Assembly: GCA_964016885.1 (NCBI GenBank)
Contig: OZ024757.1
Location: 28,458,001 to 28,522,000, forward strand
Direction of reading: 5' to 3'
From: Eledone cirrhosa
Taxonomy: Eukaryota
Length of the DNA: 64,000 nt
Shown here: piece by piece, positions 1 to 13,380 of the stretch
How positions within the stretch are numbered: position 1 is the stretch's first letter
How the letters are laid out: every line of letters begins with the position of its first letter
Notes under the pieces: model-generated
What the model saw: the letters and a program-made list of their open reading frames with translations, nothing else
Databases searched by the model: none
What the model was told of the DNA's origin: nothing
Translations under genes and position numbers: made by a program

Positions 1-644
1 ATCATTATCATTATCATCATTATTATCACTGACATCACCTCTAACATCACTATCATCATCATCATCATAATCATTGCCATCATCACCATTATCATCATCA
101 ACAACACCACTGCCATCACTCCTACCATCATCAATATTACCACCAACATCACTATCATCATCACTATCATCACATCGACATGATCTCTACCATCACCTTC
201 ATCATTATCATCACCATCCCCATCATCATGATCGCAATCATTAACAACTACACTACCATCACTGCGAACATCATCATCATCATCAAACACATGTCTCTAT
301 TTTTTTTTGTTTGACTGTTTTTTTTTCCATGCTATGATGGGTTTGATATGTCTGCTGTTCAACATATTGCCAGTGTTGCCAATAATATCATTGTTTTGTC
401 ATCTCTTCTGTGAAGTCCCTCATCCTGGAATCTGATCTGATCTGATCTATGGTGAGGCCCCACATTCCCCAATCTATGGGTCTGTCCTGTTGACAGCACA
501 TGTCATTGTTTCAGCCAACCCTCATTGTCCATAAAAATCATGCGACCCCCCACACACACACCGCCACCACTCTGCCCTGTCCCCATGCTACCAGCACTCT
601 AGTCTCTCTTACATGTATCAGCAGCTTAATGACCTTTTATAATA

Positions 645-1030
645 AAATAATGATTTCATTCATTGGCCACAAGGGCCGATATATAGGGGACAATACAAAG
701 ACGGACAGTGGGGGTTTACAATAAAATTGAGTGAAAATACACAATAAAAAAACCAGTTTAACAATGAAAAAATATAAAAATATAAAATATATATAAACCT
801 ATAAAATAATAAACAGGAAAAGTAAGTGGGGAGAAAAAAATTTAAATAATGAAAAAATAGTTAGGAAGAAGAAAGAGTGTAGTAAACTCTACATCTTTTT
901 GATGGGTGGTAGTATCTCAGCTGCACCCTGTGATGAAAGTATTGCCAGAGAAAACAGCCAGCATCACCCACTACTTCAGCCATTGTACCTCACAGAAATT
1001 TTCCTGATTTTGCAGAAGAAAACAGAAGTC
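645..1030 (-). mobile_element. 3' end remnant of a Tx1/L1-type LINE
   Basis: Minus strand ends ...TGTAAACCCCCACTGTCCGTCTTTGTATTGTCCCCT...GCCCTTGTGGCCAATGAATGAAAT then ATT repeats. It resembles the 3' UTR of the better preserved element at 58867-59275. Upstream boundary approximate. Confidence 0.5.
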
Positions 1031-1414
1031 CAGAGACAGCAGTGGAGATGTCAGTGTTGGTGCTGAAGTGTGAGTGTTTGAGGTGACTGTGTGTGTTACA
1101 GCATGTGGTGTGTCCCATATTAGTGATTTACCCCCACCATAAACAGGGGAAGGGGGGGGGGGGGGGTTATCCCATCTGGTTGAGGGCTTACTGTCATTCT
1201 GGTTGAGGGCCAGCAGGCTCAAGTTTTATACTAGCAGCAGAATTATCTCAGCTCACTTGTGTTTGTGTTGAGTTTCTCATGCAGGCTGGTTGTAAGAGTT
1301 TAAATACTACCACTACCACCTACTACTACCACCACCACCTACTACTACTACTACTACCAATACCACCTATTACTACTACTACCACCTACTATCACCACCT
1401 ACTACGACTACCAC

Positions 1415-1475
<61 letters not shown>

Positions 1476-2358
1476 CAATACCACCTATTACTACTACTAC
1501 CACCTACTATCACCACCTACTACTACTACTACTACTACTGTGCTGCCAACTGTAACATCCAGAATATAATGTTTGCCAAAAAAAGAAAAACAGTTATTAA
1601 AACAACTGAAAAACAAAAACATAAAAGGAGGGGAGGGGGAGTTAGAGAAAGGAAGAGAGAAAGAGAAAGAGAGAAACATGAAGAGATAGCAAGAGAGAGA
1701 AAGAAGGAAGGAAATAGAGGGGGAAAGAGGAAAGGAGACTAATTCTAATGTGTCTGATGTTGCGTATACTTGTTATCCCATTGTAAGATATATATCTGGC
1801 ATGCATTAGTGAACTGGTGATATCACCAACTATCATCATTATATCCTCTTTCTACTTCCTATCTATCCTCATCCCAAATAGATAGATACCACATCACCTT
1901 TTCTCTCGCATGCTGATCAAAATAGAAACTATTAATTGATGCTACGAACAAGCTAATGAAGACGATAGATCCTCCATTGGTTTCCATGATGAGCATTCAG
2001 ATATTCGATCACTTGTAGTTAACTCCTGTTTGTGTAGTCCTAAATTTAATTTTGTGCAGTTCTATCTATATCTAATTTTCTGCACTTCTATATCTAGTTT
2101 TCTGAAATTCTATATATCTCATTTTGTGTTGTTCTAAATCTAATTTTGTGCAATAAGTTTACATTTTGTTTCAAATACTACAAGTTCTTAGATGGTAAAT
2201 TATGGCTAAAAGACTTAAAAGAACTTATAAAATGTTTAAAATCACCATTTCAAATATTTCTCAAACTGGGTCATGGCACTTGCCTCAAAGATTTGTGCAG
2301 TTGTAAAAATGTCCTTAAAATAAACCCTTGAATAACTAAGCCCTTTGCAGGGACTCAA

Positions 2359-2550
2359 CCCTTTAACATTCACATTACTCTATATATACTATTGTATTTT
2401 CACTGTAAAGGCTTTATCTCACATAATAGTGAATCTATGATGTTTTGATATCAATACCTTAATGTTGGATGAGCAGCTGGCTATGGCTGGTTTGAACAGA
2501 CAGAGGTGACAAAATTCTGGATGTATATGACCAGTTTAAATGCTAAAGGG
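2359..2550. mobile_element. piggyBac-type MITE (family P)
   Basis: Termini (tcaa)CCCTTTAACATT...AATGCTAAAGGG(ttaa). Same internal sequence as copies at 42307, 55321 and 62301. Confidence 0.75.
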
Positions 2551-3749
2551 TTAAGTGCTGTAGGGTTTATTTTAAGGAATTTTTTGCAACTGTACAAATA
2601 GTTGTTGGATCAATTCTATCTTCTTCCCGTGGTGTAAACATTTGTGTAGCCCTAAATCTAATTTTGTGCAGTAAGTTTACATTTTGTGTCAAATATATGT
2701 GCTTAGGTGGTAAATGATGATTAAAAGACTTAAAAACACTCATAAAATGTTACAAATCACCTTTATAAATTTTTCTCAGACACAGAGAATAGCGAACACT
2801 GGGTCATGACACCTGCCTTAAAGATTTGTTCAGTTCTAAAATTTCCTTAAAATAGACTCTGATCAATTGTACATCTGATTCATTAAATTGACAACTTTAC
2901 AAGGATAGCTCGCCCGATGTCACGATATCAGACTCTGCTAATTCACACTGGAGTTTCATTGCTTACATCAGTGGGTGGCCCTGGGTAGCTCTGTTGTGTG
3001 TCACAGTGGAAGAAGCTGAAATACATACAGAGTTACTTCACTGCCCGATGAGACATCAACTCCTACATTTCGTGACAAAGTACTACAGTTGTATCCTTAA
3101 CATACAAGTGTTTACCCCAAAGAGTAGTGTGTATTCTTAACAAGTTTGATTAAAAACCAGCTGAAACAGTCCTTGGTTTTATGATAAAAAAACTCTTTGT
3201 TTTAAAGTGTATATATTTATCTGAAAACCCACCATCATAATTTTATGTGAGATCCTTTGTTAAGCAATGTTCCGAACACCAACTTTTTAATGAGGATTGT
3301 AGTTATTTTATTAAATCTCTCCAAATTCTTATTGATGATGATGATGATGATGGTTTTGACAACTATGATGATGTTGATGCTGATGATAATGATGATCACA
3401 AGGAAGATGACAACTATGATAATGATGATGATGATGATGATAATTGCTGTGGCAGTGATAGTGATGTCTCTTTGTACATGGCTTGTCATTCCACCCTTGC
3501 CACACATACACATGCACCATAGACTTACGCACACATACACACAGTGTTCCCACCACCACCACCACCACCAATATCACCTCCAACTGCACCAACAACCCTT
3601 AATTAATTGTCCAACTAACTGCTCCCTCTCCTCCACCACTAACTTAACACTAACCCTCCCTCACCCTTCCTTGTCACCTTCTATGTTCAAGATAGAATTA
3701 AGGGATATAAAGGGATTAGTGAAACAATTCATTTTTGTAATTTTGCATA

Positions 3750-3808
<59 letters not shown>

Positions 3809-4199
3809 TATATGTATATATGTATATATGTATATATATGTATATGTATGTGTGTATATATATATCTATAATCTGGAGGAAGGGGTTAGGGTTTTTCTCT
3901 TTAGTAAATATATTTATTTCTTCATGTTTGCTTCGTTTTAATATTTTTTCTTGTCGAATGCATTTAATGCACACGTGTGTGTGTATGTGTGTGCATGTAT
4001 GTGTGTGTATGTATGTATATGAATGTCTGTGTGTGTGTGTGAATGTATATGTCTGCGCGTGTGTATATCTGCACACGTGTGTGTGTGTGTGTGTGAATGT
4101 ATATGTGTACATGTGTGTGAAAGTGAGTGTGTGTATACTGAAATGAAATGAAATTTACAGCCCATCAATGTAGGTTTAGCTGCCCTACTGTGGGGTTGC

Positions 4200-4372
4200 A
4201 TCTTTTACAAATCTTTGGTGTTTTAATGATAGCAGCCTCATTACTATCATGAAAATCAATGTCAAATGAAGTGACATGCTCAAAAATACAATAAACTGCT
4301 CGGTCCAGCAATCAAACCCACGACCTTATGTACATGACTTCAACACCCTAACCATTAAGGCTACACATCTTC
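4200..4372 (-). mobile_element. Old tRNA-headed SINE fragment (CORE-type family B head)
   Basis: Minus strand GAAGATGTGTAGCCTTAATGGTTAGGGTG...GGTCGTGGGTTTGATTGCTGGACC...TTGAGCATGTCACTT, similar to the head at 39686. Confidence 0.55.
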
Positions 4373-4404
4373 ACTATGTATACATGCTTCTTTTAAGAAT
4401 TCAT

Positions 4405-4612
4405 CCATCATCATGATCATCATCACCATTTAATGTCCATCTTTTCACGCTAGCATGGGTTAGATAAGTTGTCTCATTGTGAGACAAGCCAGGTCAGATG
4501 ATCACGTCATGCTCATACAGAATTGATTTTGGATGCCCTTCAACCACTTTACAGTAAGGGCTGGGTGCTTTTTTGTAATGTCGCTATCACGACCACTTTA
4601 CAGTGTGGGCTG
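4405..4612 (-). mobile_element. SINE family B 3' part
   Basis: CACACTGTAAAGTGG...AAGGGCATCC...AACCCATGCTAGCGTGAAAAGATGGACATTAAATGGTGATG on the minus strand, shared with many copies in the window. Confidence 0.6.
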
Positions 4613-4673
4613 AGGACTTGGAGTGGGGGATTATATATATAATCTTCACATAAGAATATATATTTATATAGTA

Positions 4674-4844
4674 GGCCAGGCCCTGAGCAAGATGGTTGGA
4701 TAACATCCATGATCTTGGCTGGACACGCTTGGGGATCCAGCCATATTAATTGGAGATGGTTGCTTCTGACAGGACCTACTGGAAGGAGTGTTTCAGGACT
4801 CTTCTCCCATGGCCCCTCTCAGTAATAAGTGGGGGAAGAAGAAG
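4674..4844 (+). mobile_element. RTE-clade LINE 3' end (degenerate RT C-terminus)
   Basis: Translates RP*ARWLDNIHDLGWTRLGIQPY*LEMVASDRTYWKECFRTLLPWP, matching the GRPRTRW...LGI...W..LLPPRP C-terminus of RTE/Rex3-type ORFs. Ends in a (GAA)n tail. Confidence 0.75.
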
Positions 4845-4899
4845 GTTTCAGTCATTGGGCTGAGACATTGCTGGGGCAGTGTCTATTTTTAAGTTTGGC

Positions 4900-5190
4900 A
4901 AGATTTGAACTCAGATCGTAAAGGGATGTAACTATGCTGGAAAGCATGGCGCCCGACCTTCTACCGATACTGCCAATCCACCACCGATTATAATAATAAT
5001 AATTGTTTCTACTTTAGGCACAAGGCCAGCAATTACCCAGTGTATTACTGGTACTTTATTTTATCGACCCCGTAAGGATGAAAGGCAAAGTCAACCTCGG
5101 CGGGATTTGAACTCAGATCATAAAGGGCCGTAACTCTATGCTGCAAAGCATGGCGTCCGACCCTCTACCGATACTGTCAATCCACCGCCT
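4900..5190 (-). mobile_element. tRNA-derived SINE family A: one full copy (4995-5190) plus an adjacent head fragment (4900-4986)
   Basis: A-box-like TGGCAGTATCGG (TGACAG in the full copy), B-box GAGTTCAAATCC, central GACTTTGCCTTTCATCCTTACGGGGTCGATAAAATAAAGTACCAGT (resembles the MetaSINE-type conserved domain), (ATT)n tail. TTATAATAATAAT flanks both sides of the full copy. Confidence 0.85.
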
Positions 5191-6085
5191 TTATAATAAT
5201 AATAATAATGATGAAATTATCGTGTATAGTGCTCAGGTGCACTACAACTCATCAAAGGTGCATGTATAGTACATATAATAATGTACATGCCACAAAGCAT
5301 TTTATCAGATGTTCCTCTGATACTGCCAATCCACAGCTCTATTACCTATCAATTAATGATGATGTTGATGATGTTGGCAGTAATAGTGATGATGACGATG
5401 GTGTTGGTGGTGGTGTTAGTGATGATGATGGTGGTAGCTGTAATGATGATGGTGTTGATGATGATGATGATGATGATGATGCATAACAGCAGCAGTAGCA
5501 GCAGCAGGAGCAACAACAAAGCCATGAAATAAGACACCTGATATTAGGACTTTGAAGGGAGGGAGGTGAGCTTCCTCCACTGTCACAGTGGGTGGGTAAT
5601 GGTGGGTGATGGTGGGGAGCTAAGGTTGTCCAGCAGTAGCTGAGGAGGGGTGAGGGGAATGTGGTGTGGCTCCCTTCTTCCTCTGATGTCGGAGGTGGTG
5701 AAGGTGGGGTGGATGGAGGTTTGGGGTGGCTGAGAGATCAAATGGGGGTAATAATCCTGCCCATTGTTGAAAGATGTCTGTTAGTGACATTGCCCCCCAT
5801 CCCCCCCCCGCTTCATTTGACCCCCACCCTTAACACCCCCACCCTGTCGCTACTGGGGGGAGGGGTCCCCTCCCCACTGCTGCCACTGCCTGTCTCTCAT
5901 TCTCTGTTACAAGACAAGTTGGGTAGGTTGTAGTAGGATGTCGGAGGGGATGGGGAGAAACTGCAGGGGTGGGGTGCTGTGTGGAGAGAGTAAGGGAGGG
6001 AGAGAGGTAGTGTATTGTCTTAATGTAGCTTTTGCTCATTCAACTGTCACAGAAATATCCCCACCTCACCCTGTCAATGTATACA

Positions 6086-6164
6086 CAGGGTGTCCCCCAA
6101 AAATGTATAGACACTTTGATTAGAATGCCGTTGAAGTGTGTATACATTTTGGGGGGACACCCTG
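6086..6164. mobile_element. ~79-bp Tc1/mariner-type mini-MITE
   Basis: Imperfect ~30-bp TIRs CAGGGTGTCCCCCAAAAATGTATAGACACTT / AAGTGTGTATACATTTTGGGGGGACACCCTG with a short spacer. TA on the right flank, CA (decayed TA) on the left. Confidence 0.7.
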
Positions 6165-7229
6165 TATGTAATCTATTTATCTATTTGAATTTATATATGT
6201 GTGTGTTTGTGTATTTATATATCTTTATAATATATATATATATGTATAGATATATATATGTATATTATATATATATATATATATTATATATATATATATT
6301 ATATATATATATATATATCAATATATATATATATGCATATGTATATCTATATATGTAGATAAATGTGTATGTATATTTGAATGTGGTTATGTATGTTTGT
6401 ATGTATGTATGAATGCATGTGTGTGTATGTTTGTATATGTTTATGTATTTATGTATGTTTGTATATATGTATGAATGCATATGTGTGTGTGTATGTATAT
6501 ATATATATGTATGTTTATATGTGAGAAAGACTGTATGTGTGTGTGTGTGTTTGTATGTGAGAAAGACTGTGTGTGTGTGTTTGTATGTGATAGAGACTGT
6601 GTGGGTTTGTCTGTTTGTCTGTCTTTCTGTCTGTATGTCTATCTTTGCTCATTTAACTGTCATGGGCCCATCTTCTGGAGCAATCTGTGTGTGTATGTGT
6701 GTGGGTGCATGTGTTTGTGTGTGGGTGCATATCAATGTGTGTGGGTGTGATTCATTTTGCTCATTAAGCTGTCATGGTCTCAAATTCCTTTTTACATGAA
6801 TCTGTGTGTGTGGAAGTGTGTGTGTGTGTGTGTCATGGTGCCCGCGTGTCAATGTGTGTAAGTATATATTTGAATGTGTGTATATATGTGTGATTATGTG
6901 TCAACGTGCATGTGTGTATGAATGCATGTATTTGTATGTCTGTATTGGATGTGATGTGACGTTGTGTGTATGTATGTGTGTGTGTGTTTGCGTTCATGCT
7001 TGTGTATGCGTCTGTATATATGTGTAGTATAAGTAATGATAGTGGTGAATCTATCATGTACATGCTAGTGTATATGTGTGTGTGTGTGCACCTCCATGCT
7101 TGCATGCGTGTGGGGGTAGGGTAGAGAGATTGTCCCCTAAAAGTCTACATTTTAAAATATTTGGGACACATAGCAGCAAATAGAAAGGGCATCAGCCATG
7201 GCATTTATCAGAAGACCCTATCACTGCTA

Positions 7230-7262
<33 letters not shown>

Positions 7263-7606
7263 ATATATACATATATACATAAATATATATAAATGTGTTT
7301 GTGTTTGTATGTATGCATTTAGTAGCACAGTACCTGTCAAAAGTATTTCATTAAATAATTCTTTATAACATTCTATGTAAAAATACTTGAATCCTTTATT
7401 TTGATTGACCTTCTCCCTCTTGTTACTCCAGCCATTGCTGTATTTTATTTTACATTCATTTAAATCGATTACAATAATATTCTTCCATATATTTTATAAT
7501 CATTATTAAACATTTATACACTGATGACTTTGTTCTATGATGACTTTGTTTACATAAGCATCTATGGGGTTTGTCCCAAAAGTAAGGGTGCTGATGTTTT
7601 ATTTAA

Positions 7607-7814
7607 CTCTTTAGCATTTAAACCGGCCAGAATTCTTTCACCTCTTTCTGTTCAAACCAACCGCAACTGACCACTCATACTGATGTTAAGGTTTTGTTCT
7701 CCAAGTAAATAATATCAAAATCACATTGATTCGATATTATGTGAGATAATTATGAGAGATAAAGCTTTTATCATAAAAATACAATAGTATACATAGAGTA
7801 ATGTAAATGCTAAA
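7607..7814. mobile_element. piggyBac-type MITE (family P), opposite orientation
   Basis: (ttaa)CTCTTTAGCATTTAAACCGGCCAG...GTAATGTAAATGCTAAA. Right TIR truncated. Confidence 0.65.
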
Positions 7815-8459
7815 TATATATTAGAGATACATGAAATTACAAGTTCTCCCCACCAAAATACAATTGTCTTAGTACCTGAGGAATCTGAAACTACAAAGAA
7901 ACCCAGTAGATAGCTGATGAGTGGAAAATTTCAGTGTCTGTCTCTCCTGCAAGTTTTGTGTGTCCTTTGTTTGTCCCAAATGTTAATTTTGGACTTGTAT
8001 GTATAGATATTTACATATATATGAGTGTGTATATATATATGTGTGTGAGTGTAAAATTGCTTTTAAAAGTGTATGTGCACAGAAGTGTTCATATGTGTGA
8101 GAGAGTGTTTGTGCTTGAGAGAGAGTTTGTGTAAATATATGTGTATGTATGCATGTGTGTAAGTGTGTGAAAGATAATAAGGGATTTTAAGCAAGAAGTA
8201 ATCCAACCTTCTCAGATGTTGCCATCATGGTGTTATTAGAGAAAAGGAAGCCTTTCCTAATTCTCTCCATTCTCTCTGATCCAGAATAATTAGAATTGGA
8301 TCTGGATTAGATGGGATATAATCCACAAGTAGTTCTCTCTATTCTATCTATACCCGTTCCACACCCTCTCCACACTCCCATCTCATTATAGAATCAAGAC
8401 AAATATTCAACCTCGATATTAACCAAAATTGTAGCAAATCAATGAAAGAAAAACAAAAT

Positions 8460-8870
8460 GTTTATCTACATATATGGTCAGCAATATATTTTATACTACT
8501 ATTATCTCTACATATATGGACAATATTTCAATATATGTTATGCTATTTGGCAGTATCGGTAGAGGGTTGGACGCCATGCTTTCTAGCATAGTTACGTCCC
8601 TTTACAGTCTGAGTTCAAATCCCACCGAGGTTAACTTTGCCTTTCATCCTTACGGGGTCGATAAAATAAAGTACCAGTAATGTACTGGGTAATTGCTGGC
8701 CTTGTGCCTAAAGTAGAAACAATTATTATATCTACATATATGGTCAGCACTCCAATATATTTTATACTACTATTATCTCTACATATATGGACAATATTTC
8801 AATATATTTTATACTATTATTATATCTACATATGTGGTCTTTACTTCAATATATTTTGTACTATTATTAT
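8460..8870. repeat. Degenerate ~45-bp tandem array interrupted by a SINE
   Basis: Unit TACTATTATCTCTACATATATGGACAATATTTCAATATATTTTA repeats on both sides of the SINE at 8547-8729. Confidence 0.7.
8547..8729 (+). mobile_element. SINE family A
   Basis: TTGGCAGTATCGGTAGAG...GAGTTCAAATCCC...GGGGTCGATAAAATAAAGTACCAGT...AAAGTAGAAACAATTATTA. Confidence 0.85.
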
Positions 8871-9242
8871 CCGACCAGAATTTTCTCACCTCTTTCTGTT
8901 CAAACCGTCTGTAACCGGCCACTCATACCTACATTAAGTTATTTTTCTCAAAATAAATAACATCAAAATCTTGTAGATTCGATATTATGTGAGATAATTA
9001 TGTAAGATGAAGCCTTTACTGTGAAAATACAATAGTATATATACAGTAATTGTTTCTACTTTTGGCACAAGGCCAGCAATTATCGACCCCGTAAGGATGA
9101 AAGGCAAAGTTAACCTCAGCGGGATTTGAACTCAGACCATAAAGGGATGTAACTCTTTGCTGCAAAGCATGGCGTCAGACCCTCTACCGATACTGCCAAT
9201 CCACTGCCTCAGTATATATAGAGTAATGTAAATGCTAAAGGG
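8871..9242. mobile_element. piggyBac-type MITE (family P) interrupted by a family A SINE (9047-9210, minus strand)
   Basis: MITE body ends AATGCTAAAGGG(ttaa). The SINE is flanked by a 17-bp TSD AGTATATATA(C/G)AGTAAT at 9034-9050 and 9211-9227. Confidence 0.8.
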
Positions 9243-9618
9243 TTAATATGATGCAGTCATAGTACTATTTTGACTAAATGTTTATAGTACCTTTACTGGA
9301 GGACAGATTGTTGTGTTGATGAGGTTTGAGGTAATGAACTGGCTCAGATAAGCAACCAAGCAAACAAACGAAATAAAAACAGTGTCAGCCAACTCGTTAC
9401 TGGTGTTGGATGTTTTGGATATGTGTTGAGGGTGGAGGGGAAATGATGAAGATGTTGCTGGTTGGGTATTTGTTTTTGATAAGGTGTCACAAACAATATT
9501 ATTTCCAAACACTGACAGACAAATGAAATCTAGTGACAACTATTAACAAGAATTGACTAGTGTTTGTTCCACTCCATCTCTCTCTTTCTCCCTCATTCTT
9601 TCTTTCTCTTTTCCCTCA

Positions 9619-9674
<56 letters not shown>

Positions 9675-9770
9675 TGTTTTAGCGAGAGGAAGAGGAAGAG
9701 ATAAACTAAGTGGTGGTTTTAGTAGCAGCAACAGTAGTAGTAATAGTAATAGTATCAACAGACTACATTA

Positions 9771-9809
<39 letters not shown>

Positions 9810-10779
9810 AAGTAGTAACACAGTGACTACATTACAGTACTACTACTAAGTAGTAGTAGTAGTAGACTATATTACAGTAGTAGTAGTAGTAGTAGTAACT
9901 ACATTACAAGGTTATCAGGGATCAAGTTATAAATCACTCCACAAATTCTTGACAACTTTGTTAGCAGTTTTGGTTCTTTTGTTTTTGTTGGTTTTTCAGT
10001 TTTTTTCCTGATAATTGTCACCTTTTGACTTGTTGTTATTGGTGTTGTTGTTGTAGTTGGTGGTGATGTTGTTATTGGTGTTGTTATTGTTGTTGGTGAT
10101 GTTGGTACTGTTGTTATTGTTGGTGTTGTCTTCTTGTTCTTATTGCTGCTGTATGACATACCACCAACAACAACAGCAGCAGCCACCAGCGCCAATACCA
10201 CCACAACCACTTCCATCACCATCACTATCACCATCACTACCACTTCCATCACCATCACCACCACCATCACCATCACCACCACCACCATCACCATCACTAT
10301 CACCACAACCACCACCACCATTACTACCACTACAACCACCACCACTTCCATCACTACTACCACCACCACTTCCATCACCATCACTACCACCTCCATCACC
10401 ACCATTTCCATCACCATCACTACCACCACCACCATCACTACCACCACAACCACTACCACCGCCATCACCACCATTTCCATCACCATCACTACCACCACCA
10501 TCACTACCACCACCATTTCCATCACCTTCACCACATTATTTTCACACCAGTTTCAGAGTCTTCAACTCCCCAAATGGAACATCTGCCTTCTTATTAACAG
10601 TTTCATCAGCCCAGTCACTAGGGGGAGCCACCAGTGATGAACCCAGTCCACAGTGTCACCATCCTCCAACAGTGTTGAGAGTGATAATGTCCATTGCCTG
10701 TTGTGATAATTATCATTTCAGTTGCAAGTAATAGTTTTATAATGGTCAGCTACATGTATCCATACCTCCCTGCCCCACC

Positions 10780-11230
10780 CCTGTCCTTTCACTGACCACT
10801 GGATACTATATTTAAGATGATTGTCTTGTCTTGGTTCCCTGCCCTTTTGCTGTCCATTGAGTTCTGTATGTGATATGATTGTCTTGGTTCCCTGCCCTTT
10901 TACTGGTCACTGGATTCTGTATGTGATATGATTGTCTTGGTTCCCTGCCCTTTTACTGGTCACTGGATTCTGTATGTGATTGTCTTGGTTCCCTGCCCTT
11001 TTACTGGTCACTGGATTCTGTATGTGATATGATTGTCTTGGTTCCCTGCCCTTTTACTGGTCACTGGATTCTGTATGTGATATGATTGTCTTGGTTCCCT
11101 GTCCTTTCATAGACTGCTGGAAACTATATGTTGCATTGCTTTGGTTCCCTGCTTTTTTACAGACCATGTAAAACTATATGTGGTGTTATTCTGATTCCCT
11201 GTCCTTTTCCTGACCATCTAAAACTATATT
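10780..11230. repeat. 53-bp minisatellite
   Basis: Unit GATTGTCTTGGTTCCCTGCCCTTTTACTGGTCACTGGATTCTGTATGTGATAT. Near-identical central copies, diverged edge copies. Confidence 0.9.
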
Positions 11231-11254
11231 ACCCATAATGGACAAATTGTTCTT

Positions 11255-11402
11255 AGTACTGGGCTGGTACTTACTTTTTTATCAAGCTAAAAAAAATGAA
11301 AAGCAAAATTGACCAAGGTGGAATTTGAACTCATGGTTCAGAGAGCTGGAATGAATGTTCCAACATATTCTATCTGACATTCTAACAACTCTGCTACCTT
11401 GC
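11255..11402 (-). mobile_element. Older SINE family A-related copy
   Basis: AAAAGCAAAATTGACCAAGGTGGAATTTGAACTC...TTCTAACAACTCTGCTACCTTGC, a diverged version of the family A head and core. Confidence 0.55.
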
Positions 11403-11499
11403 AGTCGATATTGTTCATATGCACAATGAAATGCAGACATGCACAAGACAACTTAGTGAACAAAGGGTTTATAAGTACTCTTTGTTTGTGTCGAAGACA

Positions 11500-11700
11500 T
11501 GGCAGTTTCTCTAACACTGATGCCACAATAAAATACACCCAATACACTCTGTAAAGTGGTTGGTGTTAGGAAGGGCATCCAGTTGTAGAAAACATGCCTA
11601 AACTGTAAATCAACAAGCACTGACTTGTTCTGTGACAACCCATCCTACTTAAGCCAGCATGGAAAAATAGCCATTAAATGATGATGATGCTGATGATGAT
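11500..11700 (+). mobile_element. SINE family B 3' part
   Basis: CTCTGTAAAGTGGTTGGTGTTAGGAAGGGCATCCAGTTGTAGAAA...GCATGGAAAAATAGCCATTAAATGATGATG. Confidence 0.7.
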
Positions 11701-12135
11701 ACACAAACACAGGTGGCCATATATTTGACATAAGATATGTGTGGGTGTGTATGTGCATGTATGTAAAAATTTCAGAATGTTTTTTTATAATGATGATACA
11801 CACACACACACACAGATGGTCATATATTTCATGAAATATATGTATATGTGTGAAGTGTCCATACGTTTGTATGCAAAAAACTATAAAATGTCATTAAGAC
11901 CGAAGTGGTGATCTAGAGTTTTCCAGCAGATGTGTTTGTAAGGGTTAGCTAGTTGTAGCACCTGTTGGATTGTAAACAATTGTTGCTCATCTAGAATGAT
12001 TAATATGAACCTGGAGACGGAGGTTCAATTCATTGCAATGTCATTAATGGTAATGATAAATCATGCTTCATTAACTTTAGCAAACATGAAGACGTGTTTT
12101 CTAATGCAATACATACCATACCATATGTGTGTGTG

Positions 12136-12168
<33 letters not shown>

Positions 12169-12399
12169 ATTTGTGTGTGTTTATATATATATATATCTGT
12201 ATGAGTGTATATGTACATATATATATATGTGTGTGTGTAATATGTACATATATCTACATAAAAAACTTTAGAGGTGGGGTTACATGGAGGGGGAGGAGTA
12301 AAACAGGAAAATAAAGTAAAAAGATATCAATGACTTGATTTCTTAGATTAGTACAAGATTGCAATGATGATGATGATGATGATGGTTATCAACACAATT

Positions 12400-13380
12400 G
12401 CTGGTGCTAGTGGTGTTGGTTGTAGTGGTAGTGATGGTGTCGGTGATGATAGTGATATTACTGGTAGTAGTGGTAGTGGTGGTGTTGGTGATGGTGTTGC
12501 TGGTGCTGGTAGTAGTGGTAGTGATGGTGATATTACTGGTAGTAGTGGTAGTGGTGGTGTTGGGGATGATAGTAGTGCTAGTGCTGGTAGTAGTGGTGGT
12601 GCTGGTAGTGATGGTGTTGGGGATGATAATGGTGCTGGTTGTGGTGGTAGTGATGGTGTTGGTGATGATAGTGGTGCTGGTTGTGGTGGTAGTGATGGTG
12701 TTGGTGATGATAGTGGTGCTGGTTGTGGTGGTAGTGATGGTGTTGGTGATGATAGTGGTGCTGGTTGTGGTGGTAGTGATGGTGTTGGTGATGATAGTGG
12801 TGCTGGTTGTGGTGGTAGTGATGGTGTTGGTGATGATAGTGGTGCTGGTTGTGGTGGTAGTGATGGTGTTGGTGATGATAATGGTGCTGGTTGTGGTGGT
12901 AGTGATGGTGTTGGTGATGATAGTGGTGCTGGTTGTGGTGGTAGTGATGGTGTTGGTGATGATAATGGTGCTGGTTGTGGTGGTAGTGATGGTGTTGGTG
13001 ATGATAGTGGTGCAGGTTGTGGTGGTAGTGATGGTGTTGGTGATGATAATGGTAGTGGTGGTAGTGATGGCGTTGGTGATGATAATGGTGCTGGTACTGG
13101 TAGTGGTGGTAGTGATGGCGTTGGTGATGATAATGGTGCTGGTACTGGTAGTGGTGGTAGTGATGACGTTGGTGATGATAGTGGTGCTGGTTGTGGTGGT
13201 AGTGATGGTGTTGGTGATGATAATGGTACTGGTAGTGGTGGTAGTGATGGTGCTGGTGATGATAGTGGTGCTGGTAGTAGTGGTAGTGTTGATTGTGGTG
13301 GTAGTGATGGTGTTGGTGATGGTGGTGCAGCTGGTGATGGTGGTACTGGTTGTAGTGGTGATGGTGGTACTGGTGGTGGA
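12400..13380. repeat. 42-bp higher-order trinucleotide minisatellite
   Basis: Unit GGTGCTGGTTGTGGTGGTAGTGATGGTGTTGGTGATGATAGT, homogeneous from about 12620 to 13040. It explains the five long ORFs here. Confidence 0.9.

Noticed and set aside
480-6080. Clusters of TGACAG/CTGTCA (TALE homeodomain-like sites) in unique sequence
   Set aside because: A 6-mer with no enrichment test or conservation data cannot be called regulatory.
7870-7935. CTGAGGA..GAAA and CTGATGA..GAAA as hammerheads
   Set aside because: No stem II, no convincing stem I and no (TA)n-bounded insert.
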